Positions 1 to 13,707 are shown, counted from the stretch's first letter. The stretch: 35,546 nucleotides of DNA from Octopus bimaculoides (GCF_001194135.2 NC_068990.1:54927009-54962554), one strand, 5' to 3'. Made by a program: numbers and translations. Notes: generated by a model not told the origin, from the letters alone.

Positions 1-1113
1 GGCCTGCTTCTCATCCATCCCCCGCCTTTGCCTTTCATCCTTTTGGGGTCGATAAATTAAGAGGCAGTTGCATACTGGGGTCGATCTAATCGACTGGCCC
101 CCTCTCCCAAAATTTCAGGTCTTGTGCCTAGAAAAGAATGTCCTCTCAATGATTAGCCGGAGATGATTTTTAAAATGAAAATTTCTGAAATAAACTCAAC
201 TGCTCTTACAAACGAAAATACTAAAAATGAAACCAACCGCTCTCAAAAATTAAGTAAAAAAAATGGAAAAATAATCCAGAGTCCTTGTCTGGTACCTGAT
301 CGATTCCAATGGTAGTCATGGAATATGGGTGTGTGGCCCATTTTTAATGCTGTGTGTGTGTCATCTGCAGTGGGAACAGGGACAGTTTTCTCTATGAAGG
401 CTTTTTTTTAGTCTATCCACTGACATAGTGTCTTTATAACCATTAAGGTCTATAGTGAAAAATTTATCTGCACAGGAAAGAAAATGAAAAGGACCTGCAT
501 ATGGTGCTGTTAACGGGTGTTTAACAACATCGTTGTGCACAAAAATGTGCGTCCAAGAAGTAAAGCTTCCTTTAAGGTAGAACTAGAAATGCAATTATCA
601 AGTGGGTAAAAGGTTTTAAACAGGAGTGATATATTCAAAATTGGTAAAACTAAAAATTGATGAGGATAAATTAAATTTATTATCGTTACTGAATATGTCA
701 GTGTTATTTAATTTCTGAACGGTTTTGTTGCCGTCTGTTTATGTAGTTTGATTTCTTTATCCATCATTTTCTACTAAGATAGAGATGCGAGTAAAATTAA
801 TAATAGAGAAATGAAAATAAAATTTTGGAAACAGCAATTCCACCATAACTTACATGGAAACCATAAGCATGCTTTCAAGGGAGATAATCGGAGAAAGACT
901 TGAAAGTCAATGTAAGATTGTAATACTTTATGTAAAGTAAATATAACAAATAATCCAGAATCCTTGTTTGCTACCAGTTCAATCCTACAATCTAATCAGT
1001 CCATGCCAGTCACAAAGTCAAACATCCTTAAAAGTTTCATTCGAATCCATCCAGTGGTTCTTGAGACATCTTGTCCATGACTGAAAACAATACCGCCACA
1101 TCCGGTAATAATA

Positions 1114-1736
1114 CTTTCTTCCATAGGCACAGAGCCTGAAATTTGGGGTAGAGGCTAATCAACTACATTGACCCAGTGCTCAACTGAGACTTATTTTATT
1201 GATGCCTCAGCAGAACTTGAACTCAGAACATAAAGATGGACAAAATACTGCTAGGCATTTTGTCCAGTATGCTAATGATTCCGCCAGCTCCAGCCTTAAT
1301 AAATTCTTTCTAGTTTTGGCGCAAGGTCAACAATTTTCACAGAAGGGGAAAGTTGATTACATTGACCCCAGTCCACAACTGGAGCTTTATATTATTGGCC
1401 CTGAAATGAAGACAGGTAAATTTCAACCCCAGTGGTGGAATTTGAACTCATAAAACCGGAATGCCATCAAATATTTTCTCCAATTGCCAATTATTCTGCC
1501 AGCTTGCACCTTAATAATAATAATCCTTTCTACAATAGGTACAAGGCCTGAAATTTGGTGGGGAGGGGACTAATCAATTACATCAGCCCCAGTGTTTCAC
1601 TGGTACTTAATTTATCAACTTCAAAAGAATGAAAGGCAAAACTGACTTCAGCAGAATTTGAACTCAGAACGTAAAGACAGTCAAAATGCTGCTAAGCATT
1701 TTACTTAACATGCTAATGACTCAGCCAGCTTGTCAC
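1114..1736 (-). mobile_element. Three tandem copies of SINE family c
   Basis: Same unit as the 11.3-12.7 kb array. Single copies also near 1-135 (+), 14421-14626, 24040-24238, 25772-25970 and 34895-35098. Confidence 0.8.
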
Positions 1737-4665
1737 TCTATTAATAATAATAATGATAATGATAATAATGATTTCAAGCTTTGGCACTGATGTTTAGAAT
1801 ATAGACTAACATGATATTTTGATGAAAAGTTTAAATCTGGATTACTTTAAGGAAGTTTGCCTTATAGATCCAAGGGTTGTCTCATGTTGCAAAAGTTCTT
1901 AATGTGTAAGTGAATGTGTTGTAATATATAAATGAAGTATTATATGGAACTGAAACAGTTTTGCATGTAAAAAAGCAAAACAAAATAAACAGGCACTCTG
2001 TCTGTTATGATGATGAGGATTCCAGTTGATCCAATCAACAGAAGAGCCTACTCGTGAAATTAACATGCAAGTGATTGAGCACATACTCTTAACATAGTTC
2101 TCAGGAAGGTTCAGCATGACACAGAATGTGATGAGGCTGGTCTTTTGAAATACAGCTACAACTCATTTTTACTAGCTGAGTAGAGCCAAGCAATGTGAAA
2201 TAAAGTGTCTTGCTCAAGGATACTACATGCCACCAGGTATGAAACCCATGATCGTGAGCTGAATACCCTAACCACTAAATAGCCACACATGCATTCATAA
2301 ATACAAGGATGCTTACATGTAATCACAAATACACATAAACATGTATCTAGAATATATCTTTTAACACACATGTGAAGGCACATGACTCAGTGGTTTGGGC
2401 ATCAAGCTCACAATCGCGAGGAAGTAAGTTTGATTCCTGGACCGGGCTGTGTGTTGTGTTCTTGAGCAAGACACTTTATTTCATGTTGCTTCAGTTCACT
2501 CAGCTGCAGAAATGAGTTGTGGTGCCAAGCTGTATCAGCCTTTGCCTTTCCTTTGGATAACACTGGTGGCATGGAGAGGGGTGACTGGTGTGCATGAGTG
2601 ACTGTTGGTCTTCCATAAACAACCTTGCCCGAACTTGTGCCTTGGAGGAGAACTTTCTAGGTGCAATCCCATGGTCATTCATGACTAAAGTAAGCCCATT
2701 CATCTCTCAGTGCTATACTCAACTCAGTTGGAGGGTTTTGTTTTGTGAGTACTTGGTGCCTCACCAGTGCTGTTTTATGAAATACATAACTGACTTAAGA
2801 ATTCTGACTTTGATCTACAAGTGTATTAATACTGCTTTAAACTTTATGCAATGCCAGCTAGCAGCAATTATAGGGAATTACAATGTGCTGAGCATCACAA
2901 CTTTGAGACATGGGATGAACTATCAATTGGCTATGGGGAAATCTCAGATCATTTTCCATTTCAAAATAAGGAAATAAAACAAAAACAAAGAAATTTTTTT
3001 TTTCACTGATTGACAAAATATGAGGGGTTTTTTTCTTTTGTTAATTTTTGCTCATTTCAGTCACTGGACTGCAGCCATGCTGGGGCACTGCTTTGATGGT
3101 CTTAATAAAATAGATCAACTCCAGTACTTATTTTTAAAACCTGGTACTAATTGTATTGGTCTCTTTTATCAATCTGCTAAGTTACAAGAACATAAACAAA
3201 CCAACACCAGTTGTCAAGCATTTGTGGGGTACAAACACAAACACGAGGACACACACACACCTATAAATATATACACCCAATGAGCTTCTTTCAGTTTCTG
3301 TCTAACATATCCAATCAGAAGGCCTAAGGCTATAGTAGAAGAAAATTACCCAAGGTACTCCACAGTAGAACTGAACCCAAAACCATGTGGTTTGAAAGCA
3401 AGCTTATTACCACACAGCCATGCTTGCACATATAACCATGAAGCAAGTTAATGTATTTTTAAGAATTTAAGCAACTATATAATACTCTGACATTGCCATA
3501 AGATCGTAAAATTGAGTAGTGTGTGGACTTTGTATTTAATCATCATCAACAACATCATCATCCTTTTACGTCTGTTTTCCATGCTGGCATGGGTTGGATA
3601 GTTTGAGAGGAGCTGGTGAGGCCAGGATCCACACCAGGTTCCATAGTCTGTTTTGGCTTGGTTTCTATGGCTGGATGCTCTTCCTAATGCCAACCATTTT
3701 ACAGAGTGGACTGGGTGCTTTTTACATGGCACCAGCACCAATACATTTTATGTGGCACTAGCACTGGTGCTTTTTATGCAGCACCTGCACCAGTGCTTTT
3801 TACATGGCACCAATATCATTATAATTAACATTATCATTATAAAAATTCCTCAGGTGCAGGTATGGCTGTGTCGTTAAGGTGCCCATTTTGAAACTATATA
3901 GATAGTCTTGACAGATGCTGGTGTCACGCAAATCGTGCCCATGCTGGTAGCATGTAAAAGTACACATTACACTCTCAGAGTGGTTGGCATTAGGAACGGC
4001 ATCCAGCCGTAGAAAACCATGCCAAATCAGACTGGAGTCTGGTGCAACCTTCCAGCTTACTAGCCCTGGTTAGACCATCCAACCCATACCAGCATGGACA
4101 ACAGACGTTAAATGATGATGATGATGATAGTTATGAGTTCAGTCCCCCCACCCCGTGGGCCTCATGTGTCATCTACTATAGCCCCAAGCTGACTTGTGAG
4201 TGAATTTGGCAGATGGAAGCTAGAAGAAGTCCATTGTATAAATGTATGTTTGAGTACCCTTGTCTTGACATCACGTGATGGTTGTAAATGAGCATCGTCG
4301 TTGTACAATATTGGTTATTTCCAGTCTTCCACGGGAAACATGTCTGGCCAAGGGGAAATATTACCTAGCTTAGAAACAGGTGAGTGATGGTGACAGGAAG
4401 GGCACCCAGCCACAGAAGATTTGCCTCAACAAATTCTGTACTACCCATGCTATCATGGAAAAACGGACATTAAATTATGAGGATGTGTGTGTGCGTGCTT
4501 GTGTGTGTGTGTGTGTATATGTGCGTGTTTGTGTGTGTGTGTGTCTGTCTGCAGGACAACTGGTGTTGGTTGGTTTACATCCCTATAACTTAGTGCTCTG
4601 AAAAAAGAGAGCAATTAAAATAAATACCAGATTTAAAAAGAAAAATAAGTTTGACAAAGCTCTTC

Positions 4666-5892
4666 TACTCAGAGAAAAAAGCAAAGTCTCAACGACAACT
4701 TGAAACCATTACTTGGGAGAAAGTAAAAACAAGCCCAGAGTTGAATATGATGGAGGACTTACGACAAGACAGGAGAGTTGTATTTAAATGATCCTGGAAG
4801 AATGAAAGGTAAGCTTTGAACTCAATGTAAAGAGCTGAGACTAAATGCTGCAAAACATTCTGACCAGCACTTATGATTGTGCCAATCCACTAGTTCTTGA
4901 TCCCACTTAATAATGGAAAAGGCACCAAGTGAAAAGGAAATAAAATCTATTACAGTATAGCATACAGTCATTTATATTTTCATTTTTAAATGATTAAAAA
5001 ATCCTCTAAGGGCATTTAGTCATGGTTCGTATTTTGTCCAATGTACAACATATCTCACAAGTCTTCCACGTGCAGGCACAGGCACGGTTGTGTGGTAAAG
5101 AAACTCACTTTGCAAATATACAGTTTTGGGTTCAGTCCCACTACACGACACCCTGGGCAAGTATCAAGCAATGTCTTGAGAATAAATTTGGCAGATAGAA
5201 ACTGTGTGGAAGCCCACTCTGTATGTGTGTGTGTGTTTCCCTCCACACTGGTGTTGGTTTGTTTATGTCCCTGTAACTTAGTGCTTCAAGAAAAGAGACC
5301 AAGAGAACAATTGCCAGACTTTAAAGAATAAGTACTGAGGTTGATTTGTTCAACTAAAACCCTTTGCATTGTTGGGCAGTGCAGCCCAACATGGCCCACA
5401 GTCTAATGTCTATAACAAGTAAAATATAGGAAATATCTAAATCTTAATAACTCATGTGTGAATAGAGGTGTCTGTCTTGTTTTCAAGTGAAGGTACATGT
5501 TCTTATGAACCTGAAGTTGGGTTCATAATTTAGGTCATCGGATTGATTCCCAGGTGGTACATTGTGTCCTTGAGCAAGACACTTCATTTCACATTTCTCA
5601 AATGTGCTCATTTAAAAATGAGGACCTCTAACAGCGGTAGCTGGGGGTTAACCAACTTTCATAAGACTAGAAATTTTAAGACCTTCAGAATGAGTAAGCA
5701 AAAGCAAACAAAAAAAAAATTAATAAATATGCATATTCTGTACATCTTCTTTATTCTTCAAATGAAAATTCTGTCTTCTAATCCCTCCAGATATTATGAA
5801 GAAATGATTATCTCCCTTGCACTAGCTGTCCACTAGGGGACTGCACATGTTTTAATATTATTATTATTTCTTTTTATCTAAACTCAGTAGAT
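4666..5892 (+). repeat. Diverged direct copy of intronic 9143-9573, split by an 800-bp block
   Basis: 4666-4906 matches 9143-9383 (241 bp, about 6 substitutions). 5706-5892 matches 9384-9573. Confidence 0.9.
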
Positions 5893-6266
5893 CTGTCCAG
5901 ATTTAAAACGAAAAATAAATTTGACTAAGCTCTTCAAAGTTGTGCTCCAGCATGGCTGTAGTCCAATGACTGAATCAAGTAAAGTGTAAAAAGCAACTAT
6001 TCATAAAGGAATCATTACGAATAACAAAATCATTACAGATGTTATCATTGCTGTCAACAATACACAATATTGTTAAAGTTGGAGCTGAGATAATACAATC
6101 AAAAGCATACAAAAGACAAAACAAAACAGACAAACATTTAAGATAGAAGAAGGGATGAGTGAAATGTTTGAAGCTGAAGCAGTATATTTATTATTAATTG
6201 AGAAACAGGCAAAATATATATAATTAATATCTATTCATCATCTCCATCATTTTATTCTGTTTCTGA

Positions 6267-6302
<36 letters not shown>

Positions 6303-6661
6303 CATTATCCTCTTCTTTCAATTTTGTTCCCATTTCTTGCCAAGTGTCTTCCTGACACCTAGGACAAAGAAACTCACTGTATACATTGGTAGGCATTAAA
6401 ATAAACACACCAGATTGTTCATTTACAAAGTCATGTGTATTATTATTATTATTATTATTGTTATTATTATTATTATTATTATAAGCACCATCAAGTGGAA
6501 GCAAGCTTCTGTCTAATTGAGTCCACAACTCAGTATCAACTTCCAGTATAAGCTTTATTTGTTACACTAATGTTCTAGACAAAGAAATCAACTTCTGAGC
6601 CTTTACCCCACCCAAAGTTTAAAATGTCAAGCTCCATGGTAGTATAAGGAACATTCTTCTT

Positions 6662-6721
<60 letters not shown>

Positions 6722-6729
<8 letters not shown>

Positions 6730-6995
6730 AGCTGTTACATGCTATATTATTTAGCAAGGGTAGATGACAATAAGACTTCTCAGATCTCAAGAATCTTTCT
6801 TAAGATTCTTGCAGAAATCAGGGTTGCACTTTTCTTCAGGTCGTCAATGTGAATCTCAGTTCCAGTATCCTACGGTTTTCTAGGTAGTATTATAGGTGTT
6901 GTTCCAAGTTGTACCAATTACCACAAAAATAATTGTTGTCTTAGTCTAGCACAGTACCTTCATCTCTCTGACTAGGTCTTGATATTTCTCAATTA
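6722..6995 (-). mobile_element. 5'-truncated R4/Dong-clade non-LTR retrotransposon 3' end with (TAA)n tail
   Basis: Minus strand 6990-6780 reads EKYQDLVREMKVLC*TKTTIIFVVIGT/LGTTPIILPRKP*DTGTEIHIDDLKKSATLISARILRKILEI* (one frameshift, two stops). This resembles the C-terminus of RLE-type LINE ORFs. Followed by (TAA)n. Confidence 0.7.
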
Positions 6996-7217
6996 TTATT
7001 AATATCATTATTTGTAGAGTTCATTTTTAAACTAGAGTAAAATTATTGAAATAAAAGAATATACAAGAAATGATTATTTTTGTTTTTCTTGATTTTTTTT
7101 TTCAGCTTTTCATCAGGAAAAATAAAAGAAAATATAATGGATAAAAAAAAAACAAAAAACAAAAGCAATAGTTATTTATAAAAACTATTTGGGTAATTAA
7201 TTCAGAGTTCAAAACTT

Positions 7218-7331
7218 CTATCTGCAGCAAGATTTTTTTGTTGGTTCTTGTTGGTTAGCATTAGCTAATTGAATGCGTTCTTTGTCTTCTTCTGTACTAC
7301 CTGTGTTCATATTTTGATCATTTTTGAGGAT
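7218..7331 (-). CDS. RAB32: Rab32/38 last coding exon with prenylation motif
   Basis: tttttttcctcctccag|ATC translates ILKNDQNMNTGSTEEDKERIQLANANQQEPTKKSCCR*. C-terminal CCX fits Rab geranylgeranylation. TAG at 7220-7218. Confidence 0.9.
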   Translation of the reverse strand: MLKNDQNMNTGSTEEDKERIQLANANQQEPTKKSCCR

Positions 7332-7418
7332 CTGGAGGAGGAAAAAAAGCATTTCCTTAAAAAAATATTTCAAGCTGATTAGTACATTTTAACAGAATTT
7401 ACTTATTGAGATATTTAA

Positions 7419-8488
7419 CTCTTTAGCATTTAAACCAGCTATATCAGGCCTGAGTACTTTACTTGTCTTACATTCAAACTAGCCAGATCTAGCCTCTTAC
7501 ACCTACCCTACAAATAATTACATCATCATAATTTTGAAGGTACAAAATCATACAAGTTTAATAAGTGCTTATTTGAGTTACTGTTGTCCTAAACAATTTC
7601 GAGGACACTGTCTCACTCATACATTCCATTTTTGACTTGTTTTCTAAGGTCAGATGTCTGTCCTAATACCAACTACCATTACAGGGTATGCTAGGTGCAA
7701 TTTATCATTCATGGAATCAATATGAGAGATGTCATGCTCTTGGCAAAGCAAAAGGGTCCTCTCAGACGGAAGTTGTCCCTGCTCATTTACCAACCTCGTA
7801 ACCCTTTAGCATTTAAACCAGCCATATCTAGACCAAATATTCCACTTGTTTAATGTACAAACCAGCCAGATCCAGCCTCTCTCACCTACACTACAATATC
7901 ATTCTAAAAAAGAAACAATTATATTATTGAAATCTTGAAGTTATGAGATAATGCTTTTATTAATTCAAAACAATGTGAATAAATAAGCATTATATTTGAC
8001 AGGGTAATCCGAATGTTAAAGAGTTAAAAAAGTAAAGTTACATTCTCAAGTCATACCAACTCATAAGAGCTGATTTCCTGGTTTCATGGTGAATATATTC
8101 CCCACCTGGACAGGACGCTAGTCTATCACAGGATTACTCATTTTTGCCAGCTGAGTGTACTGGAGTAAGGTGAAATGAAGTGTGTTGCTCAGGGACACAA
8201 CATGTCACCCAGTCTAGGAATTGAAACCACAATCTTATGATCATGAGCCCAACATGCTGGACCACTAAGCCACTGCTGAAAAGCTAACCCTTTAGCATTT
8301 AAACTGGCCATATCTAGCCAAAATATTCTACTTGTTTTATGCTCAAACTGGCTAGATTTGGCCTTTCACACCTACTGTACAATGTCATTAACAACCACAT
8401 CATCAAAATCTCAAGATCATGCATAATCCAATACAATGTGATTAAATATAAGCATTACATTTGACAGAGTAATCTGAATGCTAAAGTG
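7419..8488 (+). mobile_element. Three copies of one piggyBac-type MITE (about 7419-7550 truncated, 7802-8023, 8288-8488)
   Basis: Shared start (T)TAACCCTTTAGCATTTAAAC. Ends such as GAATGTTAAAGAG|TTAA. Copies align by eye. Confidence 0.75.
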
Positions 8489-10178
8489 TTTGACCTATGG
8501 GAATTTATTTAATAATGATTTCTAACATTGACATAGAGCCAAAGATTTGAAGTGAGAATATTACAGTGAATTACATTAACTCCAGTATTTTAAGTTCCAC
8601 AGGGTTCAGTCCATGATGCAGTGTGATGGCTCAATGTCCCTAAGAACAATGCCGATGGAGAGCAAGCTGCTCCTGGTTGAGTCTACTATGTTGGACAGGT
8701 CAAATGACTGAGGCTGGACTAATATGGGCCACTTCTTCCCTCTACAGACACATATACCATTAAAGTAGTTCTTAGGGAGATTCAGTGTGACATAAAATGT
8801 GACAAGGCTGACCCTTTAAAATACAGGTATTATGCATTTTTGCCAGCTGAGTCAACTGGAGCAATGTGAAACAAAGTGTCTTGCTCAAGAATACAACAAG
8901 TCATCAGATATAGAACTCACAACCTTACAATCATAAGCTGGATACCCTAACTATAAAGTCATGCACCATCCCTCTGTGGAATACTCAGCCATTTGCATAT
9001 TAATTTCATGAGCAGGCTGTTTCATCAATTGGGTCAACAGGAACCCTCATCATTGTAACTGATAGAAAAATCCTAACCAATGGTAATCGTCATAACTGAC
9101 AGTAAAAGAGGTAAAATGGGTCTGCAATAGGGCCACCACTTTTACTCAGAGAAAAAAGCAAAGTCCCAACAACAACTTGAAACCATTACTTGAGAGAAAG
9201 TAAAAACAAGCCCAGAGTTGAATATGATGGAGGACTTACAACAAGACAGGAGAGTTGTATTTAAATGATCCTGGAAGAATGAAAGGTAAGCTTTGAACTC
9301 AACGTAAAGAGCTGAGACTAAATGCTGCAAGACATTCTGACCAGCACTTATGATTGTGCCAATCCACTAGTTCTTGATCCCACAAACAAAAAATAAAATA
9401 AGATAATAAATATGCATATTCTGTACATCTTTTTTCTTCAAATGACAATTCTGTCTTCTAATCCCTCCAGATATTATGAAGAAATGATTATCTCCCTTGT
9501 ACTAGCTTTCCACTAGGAGACTGCACACGTTTTAATATTATTTTTTTTTATTTTTTATCTAAACTCAGTAGATAGAAAAATCAATAGAAAGTTGGACAAA
9601 ATGCCTTATTGAACTTGGTTACTTTCCTTTATATTCTAAATTCAAGTCCCACTAAATTTAATTTTGCTGATTGATAATATCAATACTACCAATTGTGAAC
9701 AGAGTTGATTAAATTAATTGTTTGTTCTCTCTAAATTTGTGGCTTTATAATCAGGATTAGGGTTGATGGTGAGATCTCAGTCATTTATTAACCATAGAAA
9801 CTGGGTAACCAGCCTTATGAGTTCTAAGGGCTTGTAAAAATAAAACGTTGGGAATTTTGCACAATAGCAACCTCTGAACAACCAATAGGGACGTTCTAAC
9901 TATTGTCGTATTTATTGGTTTCATTTCCAACATCTTCAAGATGGACAGTTTGACATGATCTGATGGGTCCAAGGACTGCATCGTGCTCCAATGTAATTTT
10001 TAGCATGGTTTTTATAACTGGATGCCCTTCTTAACTCCAACCACTTTACAGTATATACAAATGCTTTCTTTTCATGTCACCAGCACTATTGAGGTTGCCA
10101 TGCAGCTCACAAGTCAAAAATAACAAAAAAGAAAAATTAATTTATAACACGTCAAAATGACAAAACAATTTTCATTAC

Positions 10179-10322
10179 CTGTCCAACCAAAAATCGAGCA
10201 GCCTCATCTATGTTAATATTTTCTTTTGCTGAAGTTTCAAACCAACTCAGGAAACCTTTCTCTTTACAGAAATCATCCATCTGCTCTGTATTATTCACAA
10301 GGCCTTCTTTTGTTTGATCACA
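10179..10322 (-). CDS. RAB32: Rab32/38 coding exon (144 nt, G4 end and G5)
   Basis: ttccag|TGT...CAG|gtaatg translates CDQTKEGLVNNTEQMDDFCKEKGFLSWFETSAKENINIDEAARFLVGQ. Completes NKCD and contains ETSAK. Confidence 0.95.
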
Positions 10323-10486
10323 CTGGAAATGGAAGATTAATCCTCACATTAAGGTTCATTCTTCAAAAAATACAATTTCATTAATTTCCACAAAACTATG
10401 TGGATGAATGTTTAACAAAAATAATCTACCCAGTAAAAGTAGAATATGCATGAGATTGCTAGAGACACAATAAGAAAGCTGCCGAA

Positions 10487-10652
10487 GTACAGGTGTGGTT
10501 GTGTGGTAAGAAGCTTACTTCCCAACCACATGGTCCTAGGTTTAGTTCTATTGGGTGGCACCTTTGGCGAATGTCCTCTACTATAGCCTGAGGCTGACCA
10601 AAGTGTTGTGAGTGGATTTGGTAGACAGAAACTGAAAGAAGCCCATCGTATG

Positions 10653-10691
<39 letters not shown>

Positions 10692-10811
10692 NNNNNNNNN
10701 NGAATAAGTACTAGGCTTCCAAAGAATAAGTCCTGGAGTCGATATGCTCGACTAAAGGTGGTGCTCCAGCATGGCCGCAGTCAAATGATTGAAACAAGTA
10801 AAAGAGTAAAA

Positions 10812-10849
<38 letters not shown>

Positions 10850-11080
10850 TGTGTGTGTGTGTCTTTGTGTCACTTTGTCCCCCAGTACTGCTTGACAACT
10901 GGTGTTGTTAGGTTTATGTCCCTGTAACTTAGCAGTTTCGCAAAAGAGGCCGATAGAAAAAATACTAGGCTTAACAGAAAGTAAGTACTGGGGCTGCTTC
11001 GTTCAATTAAAAATTCTTTATGGCAGTGCTCCAGCATGGGCACAGTGTAATGACTGAAACAAGTAAAAGAAATAAAAGAA
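10487..11080 (+). mobile_element. SINE family b with internal (TA)n/(TG)n, plus a partial second copy
   Basis: GTGGTTGTGTGGTAAGAAGCTT...GAAACTGAAAGAAGCCC...GGTGCTCCAGCATGGCCGCAGTCAAATGA. Other copies near 3045-3428 (-), 5072-5425 (+), 15190-15340 (-), 16835-16990 (+), 18958-19322 (-), 29060-29482 (-), 35120-35345 (-). Confidence 0.8.
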
Positions 11081-11283
11081 ATAAATGTAGTTATGTCTGA
11101 ACAGAAAGGAAATAGATATGAGCACTGGCGGAATGTTTTTTGATTTACAATTTTCTGTGGAGTCATGCATACATTTATACGCATGCAGAATATTTTGTAA
11201 GCATCTCAGACCACTTCTGGGTTTGTATATTTCCACACATAATGCACTTGTATGATAATGATAAAAAATAATTATTTATAATA

Positions 11284-11716
11284 TAGGCACAAGACCTGAA
11301 ATTTGGAGCAAGGGAATGAATTTGAGCTCAGAGCATAGTGATGGGTGAAATACTGCTATGCATTTTGCATGCTAATGATTCTGCCAGCTTGATGCCTTCA
11401 AAAATAATGATAATTATTATTATTATTATTATTTCTACTCTAAGCACAAGGCCTTGAAAGTTTTTTGGGGAAGGGGGCTAGTCGATTACAACGACCTCAG
11501 TGCATGACTGGTACTTATTTCATTGATCCTGAACGGATGAAAGGCAAAGTCAATCTTGGCGGAATTTGAACTCAGAACATAGTGACGGGTGAAATACCAC
11601 TAGGTATTTCGTCCAGTATGCTAACAATTCTGCCAGTTCACCACCTTCAGTAATGATAATAATAATAATAATAAGAAAATTAGTAATAATAATAATCCTT
11701 TCTACAATAACCAATC

Positions 11717-11774
<58 letters not shown>

Positions 11775-12045
11775 ATCCTTTCTACTACTGCAAAGCATAT
11801 TGCCTGACACGCTACTGATTCTGCCAGCTCACTCCTTTCTACTATAGGCACAAGGCCTGAAATTTTGGGGGAGGGGGCTAGTCAATTACATTGACCTTAG
11901 TGTTTCATTGGTACTTAATTTATCAACCCCAAAAGGTTGAAAGGTAAAGTCGACCCTGGCAGAATTTGAACTCAAAACATAAAGATGGGCAAAATGCAGT
12001 TAAGCATCTTGCCCAGCGTGCTAATGATCCTACAAGCTTGCCACC

Positions 12046-12082
<37 letters not shown>

Positions 12083-12471
12083 TAGGCACATGGCCTGATA
12101 TTTTGGGGTGGGGGATAGTTGATTATATCAACCCCAGTACATGACTGGTATTTATTTCATTGAGCCTGAAAGGATGAAAGGTAAAAATTTGAACTACACA
12201 TTTTGTCTGGCATGATAACGATTCTGCCAGCTTATCACCTTCAATAATAATAATCTTTTCTACTAGGCACAAGGCCTGAAATTTTTGGGGAGGGGGCCAG
12301 TCTATTAGAGCGACCCCAGGACACAATTGGTACTTAATTTATCGACCCCGAAAGCATGAAAGGCAAAGTCGACCTCGGCAGAATTTGAACTCGGAATGTA
12401 AAGACAGATGAAATACCGCTAAGCATTATGCTCGGCATGCTAACGTTTCTGCTAGCTCACCACCTTCCTTC

Positions 12472-12513
<42 letters not shown>

Positions 12514-12704
12514 CCTTTCTACTAAAGGCACAAGGCCTGAAATTTGTGGGGAAGGCAATAGTTGATTACATCAACCCCAGTGTTTCACAGGTACTTAATT
12601 TATCGACCCCAAAGGGATGAACAGCAAAGTTGACCTCGGTGGAATTTGAACTCAGAATGTAATCATTTTGTCTGGCATGCTAACAATTCTACCAGCTCAC
12701 TATC
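11284..12704 (-). mobile_element. Head-to-tail array of about 7 copies or fragments of a tRNA-headed SINE (family c) separated by (AAT)n
   Basis: Repeated unit CTTTCTACTATAGGCACAAGGCCTGAAATT...GAAAGGCAAAGTCGACCTCGGCAGAATTTGAACTCAGAAC...CTGCCAGCTC. Its reverse complement has a B-box-like GAGTTCAAATTC and a core resembling the Deu/Nin SINE domain (from memory). Confidence 0.85.
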
Positions 12705-13427
12705 TTCAATAATAAAAATAATAATAATGATAATAATAACAAAATCGTTGTTGTTGTTGTTATTCAAACTAAACACACACTAACATCTTTAAATACCAAA
12801 TTTCACTAATCATATACATTCATCCACCTAGCTTTGACCCACTTCTATGATCCCATTAAGTTTCACCTTTTCTATTGTTCTCTTATTTCTCCACCTCTGA
12901 TTATTTCTTTCCTCCTTTTACTAATTCTTCTTCTTCATCCACTATTGCTTGTGCCTCCTTCTTACTCCTTATCATATTATGTTTCTATTACTCATAACTA
13001 CTAGTTAATCAGTTCAACCACAATGTATCTGAAAACTTATCATTACTTCATTGTGATGTATATTATTATCTAACTTGTGACTAGGTTTATATGTTTTTTA
13101 TGAAAAAATTAGAACAAATTCCATAACACAGTAGATTTTCTAAGTTTTCAAAATATTTGCCGTGCACAACTGAAATCTTTGTGGCTTTTCTTTTTCTTTT
13201 TTTTTTTATATTTTGTCATATTGCACTAGATTGCATTGTTTTTCAAATTCAAAAGCTTATATTATTTTTTGTAAGCTCCATAACAATCAATTGAATGTAG
13301 TATTTATATTTTTATAAATCTTCATAACTCTTTCTGTAGAATTTGATGTTTTTTTACATTTTGGCACAAGGCTAGCTATTTTGTGGGGAAAGGGGTATCA
13401 GTTACATCAACCCCTGTGCTCAATTAA

Positions 13428-13707
13428 CCCATTACCTCCCATAATTCTATTAACTGGAATTTTTTAATGAAACTTTGATTTCTAGCCTTAGAAACACGCT
13501 GGAATGATCAAAATAACATTTCAAAATAACATTTTAAATAGAAATAAGCGAGATATTGGGTGAAAAATTAGCAAACCTCATTTGAATATCAGAGAAATAT
13601 ACCTAGTAGATATAGTAAAATGGTTAGATATGTGTAAATATTGACAGATAATTACGAAATTTGTAATTTTTAAGTGATCTCATATGAGATCACTGGTAGG
13701 TAATGGG
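13428..13707. mobile_element. piggyBac-type MITE inserted into a SINE
   Basis: TTAA|CCCATTACCT...AGGTAATGGG|TTAA. The host SINE (about 13361-13850) resumes on both sides. Confidence 0.85.

Noticed and set aside
9781-9981. 66-aa minus-strand ORF as a candidate last Rab exon
   Set aside because: No convincing acceptor and no C-terminal cysteines. The exon at 7331-7218 fits fully.
11284-12704. CRISPR-like regular repeat array
   Set aside because: Units are about 200-bp diverged SINE copies in a eukaryotic intron, with no short identical repeats, unique spacers or cas genes.
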